Shown: positions 1-11,613 of the stretch, piece after piece
Numbering within the stretch: the first letter of the stretch is position 1
How the letters are laid out: every line of letters starts with the position of its first letter
Translations under genes and position numbers: made by a program
Notes under the pieces: generated by a model
Database searches by the model: none
What the model was told of the DNA's origin: nothing
Seen by the model: only the letters and a program-made list of their open reading frames with translations
Source of the DNA: an uncultured Haemophilus sp.
GTDB taxonomy: Bacteria; Pseudomonadota; Gammaproteobacteria; Enterobacterales; Pasteurellaceae
NCBI GenBank assembly: GCA_963548985.1
Contig: CAUUXN010000001.1
Coordinates: 1-46,776, forward strand
Direction of reading: 5' to 3'
DNA: 46,776 nt

Positions 1-207
1 AATCAGCATAATTTGGAAAAAGTCTTTGGTGGTGTATTACGACACATCAAATTATTGGGTGAAGATCTGCATAATGATGAAGATAAACGTGCAGTCACCG
101 TGCTTACGGATGATGAACGCCCAGTTGTCTTCTATGGTGAAACCAAAAATGATCCGCCAGCAACGGCTGTAAAATCTTGTCGTCTGCCTCCGTCTGACAA
201 GGAATAA
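1..207 (+). CDS. yfeB: Fe/Mn ABC transporter ATP-binding subunit, 3' end only (truncated by window edge)
   Basis: Open frame from base 1; C-terminus '[11 protein letters not shown]...[13 protein letters not shown]' is typical of YfeB/SitB; lies directly upstream of two permeases. Confidence 0.85.
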   Translation, partial: NQHNLEKVFGGVLRHIKLLGEDLHNDEDKRAVTVLTDDERPVVFYGETKNDPPATAVKSCRLPPSDKE

Positions 208-210
208 GCT

Positions 211-1062
211 ATGCTTGAATATTTACTGGAACCTTTCTCCTATGAATATATGCAAAAAGCCATGTGGATAAGTACCGCAGTCGGTGGCATTTGTGCCTTT
301 CTTTCTGCCTATTTAATGTTGAAAGGTTGGTCATTAATTGGTGATGCGCTTTCTCATTCCGTGGTTCCAGGTGTGGCGATAGCTTATGCCTTTTCACTCC
401 CCTATGCTTTAGGTGCTTTTTTTGCCGGCATTTTGGCCGCACTTTCCATTTTATGGATCAAATCCATTTCTAAACTCAAAGAAGATGCCGTTATCGGCTT
501 TATTTTCAGCACATTCTTTGCCTTGGGATTGTTGATTATTTCTCTGAATCCAACTTCAATAAATGTGCAAAATATTATTCTCGGTAATATCCTCGGGATT
601 GCTGATGAAGATATTTATCAAGTAGCCATCATTATGTTGATTTGCTTGATCTTATTGCTTATTTTTTGGAAGGATCTTTTATTGATTTTCTTTGATGAAA
701 CGCAAGCAATTACAGTCGGATTATCGCCGTTATTTTATAAACTCCTATTTTTTACCCTATTAAGCGCTTGTGTTGTTGCTGCATTACAAACTGTCGGGGC
801 GATTTTAGTGATTGCGATGGTAATCACACCAGGTGCAACTGCCTATTTACTTACTGACAAGTTCAAAACTCTTATCAAAATTGCCGTAGCATTAGGCACA
901 ATCACTGGTTTCGTCGGTGTCTATTTAAGCTATTATCTGGATGGCGCAACAGGTGGTGTCATCGTGACATTGCAAACCTTGTTATTTTTATTGGCTTTTC
1001 TATTCTCACCTAAATACGGATTAATCAGTCAAAAACGACGTAAGGTGGTGGATTATGACTGA
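211..1062 (+). CDS. yfeC: Fe/Mn chelate ABC transporter permease
   Basis: ABC-3 permease motif 'GWSLIGDALSHSVVPGVA'; hydrophobic 283 aa. Confidence 0.9.
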   Translation: MLEYLLEPFSYEYMQKAMWISTAVGGICAFLSAYLMLKGWSLIGDALSHSVVPGVAIAYAFSLPYALGAFFAGILAALSILWIKSISKLKEDAVIGFIFSTFFALGLLIISLNPTSINVQNIILGNILGIADEDIYQVAIIMLICLILLLIFWKDLLLIFFDETQAITVGLSPLFYKLLFFTLLSACVVAALQTVGAILVIAMVITPGATAYLLTDKFKTLIKIAVALGTITGFVGVYLSYYLDGATGGVIVTLQTLLFLLAFLFSPKYGLISQKRRKVVDYD

Positions 1063-1888
1063 GATGTTCGCCATTTTCGTTGAGCCATTTCAATTTTCCT
1101 TTATGCAAAATGCACTACTCACGGCATTAGTGGTTGCCGTCATCTGTGCACTACTCTCTTGCTATTTGGTGTTGAAAGGATGGTCATTGATGGGGGATGC
1201 CATTTCTCATGCTGTCCTACCTGGCATTGTCTTAGCTTTTCTAGCGGGTATTCCATTGGTGATTGGAGCCTTTGTCTCAGGTATTGCCTGCGCCTTAGGC
1301 GTCGGTTATTTAAAAGAAAACAGCCGTATCAAAGAAGATACCGCGATGGGGATTGTATTTTCGGGAATGTTTGCCATTGGGTTGGTGCTGTTCACTAAAA
1401 TCCAAACATCACAACATCTCACACACATCTTATTCGGAAACGTATTGGGTGTAAGCAGACAAGAGCTGATTCAAACGGCTATCATCGCCTTGATCATTTT
1501 TATTTTACTTGGATTAAAGCGTCGTGATTTTCTGCTTTATTGCTTTGATCCGAGCCATGCTCGCGTTGCAGGTCTCTCGCCTAAATTATTGCATTATGGC
1601 TTGCTCACATTACTCGCGCTCACTATTGTGAGTACGATGCAAGTCGTTGGGGTTATTTTGGTTGTAGCGATGCTAATTGCGCCGGGTATCACTGCGCTAA
1701 CACTGACGAATCGCTTCGATAAAATGCTGGTTATCGCGATCATCAGTGCTGTAACTGCGAGCCTACTAGGCGTGCTACTTAGCTATCATTTTGATGCGTC
1801 CACGGGCGCGTGTATTATTTTGCTACAAGCAGCGTTCTTCTTAATAGCATTAATTTATAGCAAAATAAAAGTGCGGTTAAATTTCTAA
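1055..1888 (+). CDS. yfeD: Fe/Mn chelate ABC transporter permease
   Basis: 'GWSLMGDAISHAVLPG' motif; paralogous to the preceding gene and overlaps it by 8 bp. Confidence 0.9.
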   Translation: MTEMFAIFVEPFQFSFMQNALLTALVVAVICALLSCYLVLKGWSLMGDAISHAVLPGIVLAFLAGIPLVIGAFVSGIACALGVGYLKENSRIKEDTAMGIVFSGMFAIGLVLFTKIQTSQHLTHILFGNVLGVSRQELIQTAIIALIIFILLGLKRRDFLLYCFDPSHARVAGLSPKLLHYGLLTLLALTIVSTMQVVGVILVVAMLIAPGITALTLTNRFDKMLVIAIISAVTASLLGVLLSYHFDASTGACIILLQAAFFLIALIYSKIKVRLNF

Positions 1889-1890
1889 AT

Positions 1891-1920
1891 AAAAAAGCTA
1901 ACATTTCTGTTAGCTTTTTT
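1891..1920. terminator. Bidirectional intrinsic terminator between yfeD and rlmC
   Basis: AAAAAAGCTAACA-tttc-TGTTAGCTTTTTT between convergent genes. Confidence 0.85.
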
Positions 1921-1921
1921 A

Positions 1922-3094
1922 TTAACCATTGCGTTTTAATAATATCAGTGCTTCATAATGCGCTGTATGCGGGAACATATCAAATAATTGAATTTGAGTA
2001 AGCTTATAATTGGTTAGGTGTTGCAAATCTTTTCCCATGGAAATCGCGTTACAGCTGGAATAAAGAATAAAGTGCGGTTGCATTTCATTGAGAAACTCAG
2101 CGAGTTCCTTTCCGATACCTCGACGAGGCGGGTTGACGATCACCAAATCGGGTTTGTTTTCATCTTGTGTTAAAGCAAAATTAGCCGCATCCAAAGATTG
2201 GAATTTAACGTTGTTTAGCCTTAACACCTGAGCGGATTGCGTCGCCGCTTGAATAGCAGATGGGGAAATTTCAATCCCAGTCAATTCCACTTCTTGTTGA
2301 TGTTTATCCTGTAAAGCTTTGGCACAATGCAGTCCAAACCCTCCAACGCCACAAAAGAGATCCCAAAGTTTAGTAATCGGCAAATCTTGCACCCAATCTT
2401 GTGCCATTGCATATAGCCCTTGTGCTACAAGTGGATTCGTTTGGAAGAAACCTTGAGGGCGAATAAATAGCGGAATACCGTTAAAGCTTTCTGATAAGGT
2501 GTGCTGGTCCGTTAAAAAGATTTCTTTCTCACCTTCTAAGATCGCTGCGTGTTGAGGTTGGATATTCACGCTCACCACTTCAAGTTGTGGTAATTTTTCC
2601 AATAAGCCTGCAAATTCACGTTGAATTAACGGCAATTTAGTTTCTGAACGCAATACAAAACGCAACATCAATTTTTTTGTATGTTGGCTCTCTGTAAGCA
2701 GAATATATTTGAGCTCACCTTTTTGCTTAGCCACGTTATAAGGGACTAAACCCGCACGTCCAATAAAATCTTTTAGAATCGGAAAGAGTTCAGCAAAGCG
2801 TTGCGGATAAAGCGGACAATCACATAAATCCACCGCACTTTGTGGATCATTCGGGTCTTGTAAAATACCTAAAATGGGACGTTCCACCGCGCCACTTACC
2901 ACCATTTTCGCTTTATTACGAAAGGCCGACTCGGAGGAATAAAAAGGCGGATGCCAAATTAAATTATCACAATCTAATTTGGCAAGTTGTTGTTTAAGAT
3001 GCTCTTCTTTCTTGGCGAGTTGCTGTTCATAAGGTATTTCAAGCCATTGACAAGAACGGCAATCGCCTTTTTGATAATGATGGCAATCAATCAT
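1922..3094 (-). CDS. rlmC: 23S rRNA (uracil-747-C5)-methyltransferase
   Basis: N-terminal Cys cluster (CxxxxxxxCRSCQW), 'FFQTN', '[10 protein letters not shown]', 'VNPPRRG', 'YSSCN', '[10 protein letters not shown]'. Confidence 0.92.
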   Translation of the reverse strand: MIDCHHYQKGDCRSCQWLEIPYEQQLAKKEEHLKQQLAKLDCDNLIWHPPFYSSESAFRNKAKMVVSGAVERPILGILQDPNDPQSAVDLCDCPLYPQRFAELFPILKDFIGRAGLVPYNVAKQKGELKYILLTESQHTKKLMLRFVLRSETKLPLIQREFAGLLEKLPQLEVVSVNIQPQHAAILEGEKEIFLTDQHTLSESFNGIPLFIRPQGFFQTNPLVAQGLYAMAQDWVQDLPITKLWDLFCGVGGFGLHCAKALQDKHQQEVELTGIEISPSAIQAATQSAQVLRLNNVKFQSLDAANFALTQDENKPDLVIVNPPRRGIGKELAEFLNEMQPHFILYSSCNAISMGKDLQHLTNYKLTQIQLFDMFPHTAHYEALILLKRNG

Positions 3095-4134
3095 TTAGAA
3101 GCAAGCCACTCTTGTTGAAGTGCGGTCAGTTTTTGATGATTTTCAATCCAACGCGAAGTTTTTGTGAGTTCTGACCAATCAAAGGATTTTTGTTTAAAGA
3201 GCGATTTCAAGCGAGCTTGGCGTGCTGCGAAATGCTCTGGTGTTTCCTCTAACTTCAGATTATCAAGCACTTGAATAACACCTTCACGTTCATTACAAAG
3301 CAATAATAAGTCACAACCAGCCTTCAAGGCTTTTTCACTGCGAGCAACAAAATCGCCCATAAAGCCTGCGCCTTTCATGCCTAAATCATCAGAGAAAATC
3401 GCCCCCTGGAAGCTCAACTGTTTACGCAAAATCTCTTTTAACCAATAACTCGACCCGCTTGCTGGCTGGCTATCACATTGTGTATAAATCACGTGAGCCG
3501 GCATAATCGCATCAAGCTTACTCTGTTGAATTAATTGCTGGAATGGCAAAATATCATGATTAAAAATCACTTCTTTTGCGCGCTCATCATAAGGGGTTTC
3601 AAGATGAGAATCAGCTAAAACATGGCCGTGTCCCGGGAAGTGTTTTCCTGTTGTTGCCATGCCCGCCTGGTGCATACCATCAATAAAAGCTGCTGCTAAA
3701 TTAACCGCACTTTTTACATCACAGCCAAAACTACGATCACCAATCGCACGACATTCGTGACCTAAATCCAACACCGGAGCAAAACTCAAATCAATATCTA
3801 GCGCCACCATTTCAGCCGCCATTTGCCAACCCGCTTCTTTTGCTATTTGCTGTTGCTGAGCTGAGTCCTCAACTAATGCCGCAAAAGCCTGCATCGCAGG
3901 GAGCTGAGTGAAACCTTCACGGAAACGTTGCACGCGACCACCTTCTTGATCGACGGTAATCAATAAAGGCTTTTTCACTCGTTGACGAATGGATTTAATT
4001 AGCGCTTGAACTTGCTGACGATCATAAAAATTGCGGGTAAATAAAATCAAACCGGCAACTAAAGGATGTTCCAGTAATTCAACTTCTTCTTGTTTGAGCT
4101 CATGACCTTCTAGGTCAATCAATAATGTGGACAT
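3091..4134 (-). CDS. nagZ: Beta-N-acetylhexosaminidase (GH3)
   Basis: 'DQEGGRVQR', 'KHFPGHG', 'DSH', 'FSDDLGM' motifs. Confidence 0.95.
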   Translation of the reverse strand: MSTLLIDLEGHELKQEEVELLEHPLVAGLILFTRNFYDRQQVQALIKSIRQRVKKPLLITVDQEGGRVQRFREGFTQLPAMQAFAALVEDSAQQQQIAKEAGWQMAAEMVALDIDLSFAPVLDLGHECRAIGDRSFGCDVKSAVNLAAAFIDGMHQAGMATTGKHFPGHGHVLADSHLETPYDERAKEVIFNHDILPFQQLIQQSKLDAIMPAHVIYTQCDSQPASGSSYWLKEILRKQLSFQGAIFSDDLGMKGAGFMGDFVARSEKALKAGCDLLLLCNEREGVIQVLDNLKLEETPEHFAARQARLKSLFKQKSFDWSELTKTSRWIENHQKLTALQQEWLASK

Positions 4135-4136
4135 AA

Positions 4137-4484
4137 CTATTGTAAGTAAAGACGATAATTAGTACTTTCTGTGCTTGGTTTTGGTAGTTCAAACACTTTC
4201 TTCTCTTGTGGTTGCAATAAAATATTGCCTGATTGGCTTTCTTGCTGATTCGGCCAAACTTGCGTCACACCTTGTGTGTTATACCAATAAAGATGGTAAA
4301 GCACATTGAGTTGTTGTGTAGTTTTATTTTTTAAAGCCGCGGTATTATCCGACAAATCAACATCTAAAGCGGGTGCTAAATTTGCCGCCATATTTAAAAT
4401 TGGCTTATTGGTTCCCACAATATTTGGTGCAGATGAACAAGCCGTTAAAAATAATACCGTTGCTGTAATTAGGATCTTTTTCAT
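4137..4484 (-). CDS. ycfL: YcfL-family lipoprotein
   Basis: Lipobox 'LTAC'; '[10 protein letters not shown]'; conserved hinT-ycfL-nagZ order. Confidence 0.75.
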   Translation of the reverse strand: MKKILITATVLFLTACSSAPNIVGTNKPILNMAANLAPALDVDLSDNTAALKNKTTQQLNVLYHLYWYNTQGVTQVWPNQQESQSGNILLQPQEKKVFELPKPSTESTNYRLYLQ

Positions 4485-4834
4485 TATTTTGCCAACATTC
4501 TACCCAAAGATTCACCACCAACAAGATGCATATGAATATGGAATACTTCTTGTCCACCGTGTTTATTACAATTCACAATCAAACGATAACCGTCTTCGGC
4601 AATGCCTTCTTCTTTAGCAATTTTAGCCGCGACAGTAAATAAGCGACCCAAGGTAACTTCATCTTGTTCTGTCACATCATTAACCGTTGGAATGACTTTA
4701 TTTGGGATAATCAAAATATGGGTTTTCGCTTGAGGTGAAATATCTCGGAATGCGGTCACTAATTCATCTTGATAAACAATATTGGCGGGGATTTCTTTGC
4801 GAATAATTTTGCTGAAAATCGTTTCTTGAGCCAT
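4484..4834 (-). CDS. hinT: HIT-family purine nucleoside phosphoramidase
   Basis: 'ETIFSKII', histidine triad 'HIHMH'. Confidence 0.93.
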   Translation of the reverse strand: MAQETIFSKIIRKEIPANIVYQDELVTAFRDISPQAKTHILIIPNKVIPTVNDVTEQDEVTLGRLFTVAAKIAKEEGIAEDGYRLIVNCNKHGGQEVFHIHMHLVGGESLGRMLAK

Positions 4835-4856
4835 AGTCTTCTCCTTGTTTTATATA

Positions 4857-4886
4857 AAAAAGTGCGGTCAAAATTTACCGCACTTT
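4857..4886 (-). terminator. Inverted USS pair forming a hairpin, probable ppiD terminator
   Basis: AAAGTGCGGT-caaaattt-ACCGCACTTT with an A-run on the left (U-tail on the minus strand). Confidence 0.7.
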
Positions 4887-4934
4887 GCTTTTATTTTCCA
4901 TCAGAAATTGATGATGAATGACATTTCAATCAGC

Positions 4935-6812
4935 TTAGTGAGCCGCACCTTCTTCTGAATCATCTTGATTAATAAAGCTAGTATTAATCTCGATTTGTGC
5001 TTTTTCACGCAATGCTTGCATTAACTGTCCTTGCAATTCACCTTGACGCGCACGAACAAGTTGAGTGCTAAATTTCGCTAATTCTTGCTCATTTAAAGTA
5101 GGTTCTTCTACACGTTCAAGGGCAACCACAACCACATCACCTTTGCTGTTACGAGCAACTTGATAAGCCGCTTTGCCATCTTTTGGTTTTGCAATGGCAA
5201 ATACACCTTCATAAAGCACTGGATCTTTATTATCCACTAACGTAAAGGTTTGTGGCTCACTAAAACTAATACCTGCAGGTAATTTGGTTGGATCGGCAGA
5301 TAGCGCTTTAACCGCTTGCTCTGCTTTTTCAGCTAATACTTTATCGGCTTTTTCACGTTTTAAGAATTGCTCAATCGTTGATTTTGCTTCATCAAGGCTT
5401 TGTAAACCTTCATCTTTGTGATCCACGACACGTACCACTACAAACTCATTTTCACCTACAGTTAATGGCTCAGAATTTGCACCGCCGTTTGCAATATCAG
5501 ATTCAAAAATAGCAGAAGTCACATTTGGGAAATTTAATGCCGCAGGGACGTTATTTTTACCAAAGTAATCCGTTTCTTCTACTTTCACACCTGCCGCTTC
5601 AGCTACCGCAGCTAAAGAATCGCTGCTTTCAGCTGCTTTTTCACGAACCGCTTTTTCTACCGCTTGGAAACGACTTTCTGCTAAGTTTTTACGTACAGTC
5701 TCTGCGATTTGTTCTTTCACTTCTTCTAAAGTACGTTCTTTACGATCTTGCACTAAAATAATATGGTAAGCCCCATCCACATTAACCGGTGTGCTGTATT
5801 GACCAACATTTAATAATAATGCGGCATCTTCAAAGTTTTTCGGTAATTCGTTGTCTTTTACCCAACCTAATTCACCGCCTTGTGCACCAGAAAGTTTATC
5901 GATGGATTTTGTTTTTGCTAACTCAGCAAAATCAGCACCTTTTTGTAGTTCTTGATAAACGGCGTCCGCTTCTTTCTCTGTTGTCAATTGAATATGCGCT
6001 AATTTTTGGCTAATGAATTGTGCTTTATTTTCTTGATAATATTGCGCAATTTGTGTTTCAGTGACAGGTTGTAATTTACCTAATGCATCTGCTGAAACGC
6101 TAATATATTGCACTTTCGCTTGTTCAGGTTGAACAAGTGATTTCGCATTCGCATCGTAATACGCTTTAATTTCTTCGTCCGTCACTTTTTGTTTTGCAAT
6201 TTCATCGGCTAATGGAAGAGTTGCAAGACGAGCGATACGTTTTTGGAAAAAGACTTGTGCGTTATCTTTTACTTGAGCCGGCACAACAAATTCACTATCT
6301 GCCAAACCGTTTTGCATTTGTTCAAGTGTTAATGCATTACGTAAAATAGCCGCATAAGTATCAGATGTTAAACCATTTTGAGTCAATAATTGTTGATAGC
6401 GCGCGTTATCAAATTTACCGTTAGATTGTAAGTTAGGATCGCTTACAATCGCACGTTTGATCATCTCATCACTTACACCTAATTTTAATTCTTTCGCATA
6501 TTGACGGATTAATTCTTGATCCACCAAACGTTGAATTAAATTTTGACGAAGTGCAGTCACAAATTCCACAGAGTCAGTTTTCGCTAGGAAGCTCTCGCCT
6601 TCTTGTTGAGCTCGCGCTTCAAACTCTTGGTTATAACGATTTAAGAAATCTTGTTGAGAGATAGTCTCGCCATTTACTTTTGCCGCAAAACTATCGTTGC
6701 TGCTATACAGATAACCTGACATCCCACCAATCAAAAATGAAACTGGAATTAAAGCAAAGATCGCTTTTCCGATAAAGCTATGGGCGATGCCATGCATTTT
6801 TTCAATTAACAT
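4935..6812 (-). CDS. ppiD: Periplasmic chaperone/peptidyl-prolyl isomerase PpiD
   Basis: N-terminal membrane anchor, SurA_N-like 'AAKVNGETIS', parvulin 'FAELAKTKSID..SGAQGGELGW'. Confidence 0.9.
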   Translation of the reverse strand: MLIEKMHGIAHSFIGKAIFALIPVSFLIGGMSGYLYSSNDSFAAKVNGETISQQDFLNRYNQEFEARAQQEGESFLAKTDSVEFVTALRQNLIQRLVDQELIRQYAKELKLGVSDEMIKRAIVSDPNLQSNGKFDNARYQQLLTQNGLTSDTYAAILRNALTLEQMQNGLADSEFVVPAQVKDNAQVFFQKRIARLATLPLADEIAKQKVTDEEIKAYYDANAKSLVQPEQAKVQYISVSADALGKLQPVTETQIAQYYQENKAQFISQKLAHIQLTTEKEADAVYQELQKGADFAELAKTKSIDKLSGAQGGELGWVKDNELPKNFEDAALLLNVGQYSTPVNVDGAYHIILVQDRKERTLEEVKEQIAETVRKNLAESRFQAVEKAVREKAAESSDSLAAVAEAAGVKVEETDYFGKNNVPAALNFPNVTSAIFESDIANGGANSEPLTVGENEFVVVRVVDHKDEGLQSLDEAKSTIEQFLKREKADKVLAEKAEQAVKALSADPTKLPAGISFSEPQTFTLVDNKDPVLYEGVFAIAKPKDGKAAYQVARNSKGDVVVVALERVEEPTLNEQELAKFSTQLVRARQGELQGQLMQALREKAQIEINTSFINQDDSEEGAAH

Positions 6813-6879
6813 TCAATTATTACCCTTTTAAAAAAGACAAAGTTCGTAAGATTATAATCTAAAAGGCGAAAATTCGCAC

Positions 6880-7437
6880 TTAAAAAACACCATATTCGTG
6901 TAGGATTTTCACAGCCATGACTAATAACACTAAACCGCCAAAAATCTCTGCTTTGCTTTTGAATTTTTTCCCTAAAAAATGACCGCTCTTTACACCAATA
7001 AAAGAGATGACAAAGGTGATTAAACCAATGATGAAGACAGCCAATAAAATGTCCACGGAAAGAAAAGCAAAAGAGACACCGACGGCTAACGCATCAATAC
7101 TCGTTGCCACACCAAGTGTTAGCAAGTGTTTTAAACTAATCAATGAGGGAGCGGGTTCATCATCCGAGCTAAGTCCTTCTCGAATCATATTAACACCGAT
7201 GAGCGCAAGCAAAACAAAGGCAATCCAATGATCCCAATTTTGAATCATCTGACTAAATTGCAGTCCGACAACATAGCCTATCGCAGGCATGATGCCTTGG
7301 AATAGCCCAAAACAGCATGCAATAGCTAATGCTTGTTTCCATCGAAAAGCGCGCATTGCTAAGCCTTTAGAGATGGAAACTGCAAAGGCATCCATCGAGA
7401 GACCAAGAGCAATGACACACAACATATGAAAAGTCAT
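6880..7437 (-). CDS. mntP: Manganese efflux pump MntP family
   Basis: 'LSMDAFAVS', 'WDHWIAFVLL', 'ATSIDALAVG', 'AEIFGGLVL'. Confidence 0.9.
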   Translation of the reverse strand: MTFHMLCVIALGLSMDAFAVSISKGLAMRAFRWKQALAIACCFGLFQGIMPAIGYVVGLQFSQMIQNWDHWIAFVLLALIGVNMIREGLSSDDEPAPSLISLKHLLTLGVATSIDALAVGVSFAFLSVDILLAVFIIGLITFVISFIGVKSGHFLGKKFKSKAEIFGGLVLLVMAVKILHEYGVF

Positions 7438-7447
7438 AAACTAAAGT

Positions 7448-8806
7448 TTATTTTCCAATACAGAAAGAACTGAAAATATTGCCGAGCAAATCATCCGAGG
7501 TAAATTGTCCCGTAATTTCACTCAGGTTAGCTTGCACTAAACGAAGTTCTTCCGCCAATAATTCACCCGCATGAAACTCGGTTAATTGGACTAATCCAAT
7601 TTGTAAATGTTCTGCCGCTTTTTCTAAGGCATCAAGATGACGACGTCGCGCTAAGAAACCGCCTTCCATCCCGGTTTGGAAACCCATCGCCTGTTTTAAA
7701 TGCTCACGTAATAAATCTACGCCTTGATGCGTTTGAGCCGATAAACAAATGGTCGTTGTTCCATTTTCTTCTTTTAGTCCAACTGCCTCACCGCTTAAAT
7801 CTACTTTATTACGAACAATGGTTACCGGCATGTTATTCGGCAATTTTGATAAGAATTCTGACCGCACTTTTTCAATATTTTGGCTGTCAGGATCGCTGCT
7901 GTCTAACATCAAAATTATACGATCGGCTTGCTCAATTTCAGTCCAAGCACGTGAGATCCCGATACGTTCAACTTCATCTGTCGCTTCACGAAGTCCTGCA
8001 GTATCAATAATATGTAAAGGCATGCCATCAATATGAATATGCTCACGCAACACATCACGAGTGGTTCCTGCAATATCTGTCACAATAGCCGCTTCTCTGC
8101 CCGCTAAAGCATTCAGTAAGCTGGATTTACCCGCATTTGGACGACCAGCAATCACCACTCTCATCCCTTCACGCAAAATCGAGCCTTGTTTCGCTTCGCT
8201 ACGAACTAAATCAAGTTGATCAATAATTTCTCGTAATTTTGCTTCTATTTTACCGTCTGCCAAAAAGTCAATTTCTTCATCGGGAAAATCAATCGACGCT
8301 TCCACATAAGTACGAAGATAAATCACGGAATCCACTAACTGATTCACTTTATTAGAAAATTCACCTTGTAATGATTTTAATGCTGAACGAGCAGCTTGCT
8401 CCGAAGTGGCATCAATCAAATCTGCAATGGCTTCTGCTTGAGCTAAATCTAATTTATCATTTAAAAAAGCCTGTTCAGAAAACTCACCTGGACGCGCAAG
8501 ACGAACACCATCAAGTTGTAAAATTCGTTTTAGCAACAAATCTAATACCACTTGTCCGCCATGACCTTGCAATTCCAATACATCTTCACCAGTAAAGGAA
8601 TTCGGTGATTTAAAATAAAGTGCAATACCTTGATCTAAAACTGTGCCATCGGCATCTTTAAAAGGTAAATAGTCTGCCATTCGAGGCTTAGGACATTTGC
8701 CTAGTACTGCTTGTGCAACTTCAACCGCTTTGGGGCCTGATACACGCAAAATACCAATACCGCCACGTCCTGGTGCTGTCGCTTGTGCGACGATTGTTTC
8801 TTTCAT
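7448..8806 (-). CDS. mnmE: tRNA U34 modification GTPase MnmE (TrmE)
   Basis: 'GRPNAGKSS', 'GTTRD', 'DTAG', 'NKVD', C-terminal 'FCIGK'. Confidence 0.97.
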   Translation of the reverse strand: MKETIVAQATAPGRGGIGILRVSGPKAVEVAQAVLGKCPKPRMADYLPFKDADGTVLDQGIALYFKSPNSFTGEDVLELQGHGGQVVLDLLLKRILQLDGVRLARPGEFSEQAFLNDKLDLAQAEAIADLIDATSEQAARSALKSLQGEFSNKVNQLVDSVIYLRTYVEASIDFPDEEIDFLADGKIEAKLREIIDQLDLVRSEAKQGSILREGMRVVIAGRPNAGKSSLLNALAGREAAIVTDIAGTTRDVLREHIHIDGMPLHIIDTAGLREATDEVERIGISRAWTEIEQADRIILMLDSSDPDSQNIEKVRSEFLSKLPNNMPVTIVRNKVDLSGEAVGLKEENGTTTICLSAQTHQGVDLLREHLKQAMGFQTGMEGGFLARRRHLDALEKAAEHLQIGLVQLTEFHAGELLAEELRLVQANLSEITGQFTSDDLLGNIFSSFCIGK

Positions 8807-8902
8807 AAAAACTCACTAAAAATTGACCGCACTTTTATCTGCGATAAAAAAATGAGAGGGCGCATTAATACGCCCATGTGATTATATATTAATCAATGAT
8901 AG

Positions 8903-8927
8903 AAAAAAGGCATCTTTCGATGCCTTC
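8903..8927 (-). terminator. Intrinsic terminator after yidC
   Basis: AAAAAAGGCATC-tttc-GATGCCTT. Confidence 0.7.
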
Positions 8928-8933
8928 TATCTG

Positions 8934-10562
8934 TTATTTTTTACGGGTATGTAACCCTTTTTTCTCTAAACCACGGTAGATCATTTGTTGTTGTACGATA
9001 GTAATTAAGTTAGACACTAACCAGTAAAGTACTAGACCTGCTGGGAACCAGAGGAAGAAGAACATGAAGATCAACGGCATGAAATTCATCACTTTTTGTT
9101 GCATTGGATCGGCAACTGGTGTAGGTGACATTTTTTGTAACAAGAACATTGATCCACCCATTAAGATTGGGAGAATGTAGTAAGGGTCTTGTGCCGATAA
9201 ATCTTGAATCCAACCAAAGAATGGCGCATGGCGAAGTTCAACCGCTTCCATAAACGTCCAGTATAATGCGATGAAAATTGGCATTTGAAGGATTAATGGT
9301 AAGCAACCGCCAAGTGGATTTACTTTTTCTTCTTTGTAAAGTTTCATCATTTCTTGGCTCATACGTTGGCGATCATCACCAAAACGTTCCCGCATTTCTT
9401 GCATTTTTGGTTGCAACATACGCATTTTCGCCATAGAAGTGTATTGTGCTTTTGTAAGCGGATATAAAATCGCTTTCACCACTAAGGTGACACAAATAAT
9501 TGCCACACCCCAGTTAGATACAATACTTTGAATGAACGTTAATAACCAGAATAATGGTTTTGCGATGAACCATGCCCAACCGTAATCAACGGTTAAGTCT
9601 AAGTGGTTAGCCACTTCAGCCATTTTGTTTTGTAATTTTGGACCAGTCCATAATGAGCTGGTAATTGTTTCTGTTGCACCCGCTGGAACAGATACCACTG
9701 GACCACGATAACCAATAGACGCAACGTTATTTTTGCTGTCTGTAATACTATAAAGTTGGTTATTTACATCTTGATTTGGGATCCAAGCTGATACGAAATA
9801 GTGTTGTAAAATAGCAACCCAACCTGCTTTGGTATCGATAGAAAGATTTTTATCTTTCATATCGCTGAAGCTGTATTTTTTGTAATTGGTTTCTGAAGAA
9901 GAATACGCACCACCGGTATAAGTAGGCATTGCCACGTTACCGCTGCTTTCAACTAATGTGTGTTTTAATTGGCCGTAAGGTTCAACTTCAATTGCACTAC
10001 CACTTTGGTTCACAATTTCAAAGTTAACACCTACATCGTAACTATCACGTTTTAACACAAAGGTTTTACGATAAGTCACACCATCTTTTTCAAATGTTAA
10101 TGGCACTGAAAGTTCATTTTGACCTTCTGCTAATTTGAAATTGTCGCCAGTAACTTGATATTGCGCGCGACCTGCTTTTGTATCGATCCCGTTTTTACCA
10201 ATTAAACCGCTTTGTGCAATGTAAACATGCTCCTTTGTATCTTTTAACAAGACGAAAGGTTCTTTTGAACCTAATTCTGCATCATATTTTAATAGTTCAG
10301 AACTGATTACATCACCACCTAATGTATCCACTTTCAAACGGAGTACATCATTTTCTAATGTGATAATTTGACCTTTTGTTTGTGAATCTGCCACTACTTC
10401 AGCAGATGAAGAAGAACTTGCCGGGACATCAGAAGAGGCGGCTGTTGTTTGTTCCGTGGTCTGTTGTTGAACAGGTGGATTTTTATCAAGTTGCCATTGC
10501 TGATAAACAAGGAAAGAAATAAAGAGTAGTGCAAGCACTAATAGGCTACGTCTTGAGTCCAT
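8934..10562 (-). CDS. yidC: Membrane protein insertase YidC
   Basis: '[12 protein letters not shown]', 'NPLGGCLP', '[12 protein letters not shown]'. Confidence 0.97.
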   Translation of the reverse strand: MDSRRSLLVLALLFISFLVYQQWQLDKNPPVQQQTTEQTTAASSDVPASSSSSAEVVADSQTKGQIITLENDVLRLKVDTLGGDVISSELLKYDAELGSKEPFVLLKDTKEHVYIAQSGLIGKNGIDTKAGRAQYQVTGDNFKLAEGQNELSVPLTFEKDGVTYRKTFVLKRDSYDVGVNFEIVNQSGSAIEVEPYGQLKHTLVESSGNVAMPTYTGGAYSSSETNYKKYSFSDMKDKNLSIDTKAGWVAILQHYFVSAWIPNQDVNNQLYSITDSKNNVASIGYRGPVVSVPAGATETITSSLWTGPKLQNKMAEVANHLDLTVDYGWAWFIAKPLFWLLTFIQSIVSNWGVAIICVTLVVKAILYPLTKAQYTSMAKMRMLQPKMQEMRERFGDDRQRMSQEMMKLYKEEKVNPLGGCLPLILQMPIFIALYWTFMEAVELRHAPFFGWIQDLSAQDPYYILPILMGGSMFLLQKMSPTPVADPMQQKVMNFMPLIFMFFFLWFPAGLVLYWLVSNLITIVQQQMIYRGLEKKGLHTRKK

Positions 10563-10825
10563 TATTTTTTCTCATCGTTATTATTAATCTTTTTCGGCGG
10601 AACAGGATCGAATCCACCGGCGCTTAAGGGGTGACATTTTAATACACGTTTTAGCGTAAGCCAACTACCTTTTAACAATCCATGTGTTTTTAACGCCTCA
10701 ATACCATAGCAAGAACAAGTTGGCACAAAACGACAACGGGGCCCGATTAAAGGGCTAATCGCTACTTGATAAAACTTAATTAAAGCGATGAGGATTTTTG
10801 TGCCAAACGAATGTGACGTGCCCAT
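10562..10825 (-). CDS. yidD: Membrane protein insertion efficiency factor
   Basis: 'CRFVPTCS', 'KCHP...GGFDPVP'; rnpA-yidD-yidC order. Confidence 0.92.
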   Translation of the reverse strand: MGTSHSFGTKILIALIKFYQVAISPLIGPRCRFVPTCSCYGIEALKTHGLLKGSWLTLKRVLKCHPLSAGGFDPVPPKKINNNDEKK

Positions 10826-11148
10826 AATTTATCCAAAGTTTGTAAAAACGTTTTATTATCAAGCTGACCAATGCCACGTTTCGCCACAAAGACAAAGTCA
10901 CAAGAAGGCAAATTATGTTGAGATAAACGAAAACTTTCACGAACTAAACGTTTAATACGATTACGATCATGTGCTCGTTTAAGATGTTTTTTAGCCACAG
11001 TTAAACCTAAGCGTGGATGCTCAAGATTATTTTTGCGTGCGAGAATGGTAATTTCAGGGGTGCTTGCTCGAAACGGTTGTTCGAAGACATTTTTGAATTG
11101 AGTGGGAGTTAGCAATCGTAACTCCCGAGAGAAGTTTAGCTTAATCAC
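10780..11148 (-). CDS. rnpA: Ribonuclease P protein component
   Basis: '[11 protein letters not shown]', '[10 protein letters not shown]', RNR motif 'AHDRNRIKR'. Confidence 0.96.
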   Translation of the reverse strand: MIKLNFSRELRLLTPTQFKNVFEQPFRASTPEITILARKNNLEHPRLGLTVAKKHLKRAHDRNRIKRLVRESFRLSQHNLPSCDFVFVAKRGIGQLDNKTFLQTLDKLWARHIRLAQKSSSL

Positions 11149-11160
11149 TAAAAACGGTGA

Positions 11161-11295
11161 TTATGCAGATAAACTCTTACGACCTTTAGCACGACGACGA
11201 GCTAAAACTTGACGGCCGTTTTTAGTTGCCATACGAGCACGGAAACCGTGAGTACGGCTACGTTTTAATACAGAAGGTTGAAATGTACGTTTCAT
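11161..11295 (-). CDS. rpmH: 50S ribosomal protein L34 (absent from the ORF track)
   Basis: Hand translation: [44 protein letters not shown]. Confidence 0.97.
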
Positions 11296-11371
11296 TGTAA
11301 TCTACCTAAATCAAAATGGTTTACTGTTTTGATATTCAAAACACAACAAGGGTTATAAAAAATAGACCGCA

Positions 11372-11400
11372 ATTTTAATCATAAATTGGGCTTTCGTCAA
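11372..11400 (-). promoter_or_regulatory. sigma70 promoter for the rpmH operon
   Basis: TTGACG-17 bp-TAAAAT on the minus strand; a second candidate TTGAGA-16-TATAAT lies at 11455-11482. Confidence 0.6.
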
Positions 11401-11613
11401 ATAAGAAAAGAGAAAATTCCGAAATAATCTTCCGTTTCTTCTAAAATCGTGGGGATTATACGGATTTTGCACAAAATCTCAAGCAACCTTTTTGTCTTTT
11501 TTTGACGACCAACAGAAGATCTTTTGCCTAAATTATTGTAAAATTCTCTTCGATTTTTAACCGCACTTTTGCGGCTTTTATTTTATACGCATATAACATA
11601 AGGATAATTTATC

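Noticed and set aside
11296..11613. oriC in the rpmH-dnaA intergenic region
   Set aside because: No cluster of TTATCCACA boxes or GATC sites seen; only promoter-like elements and a USS
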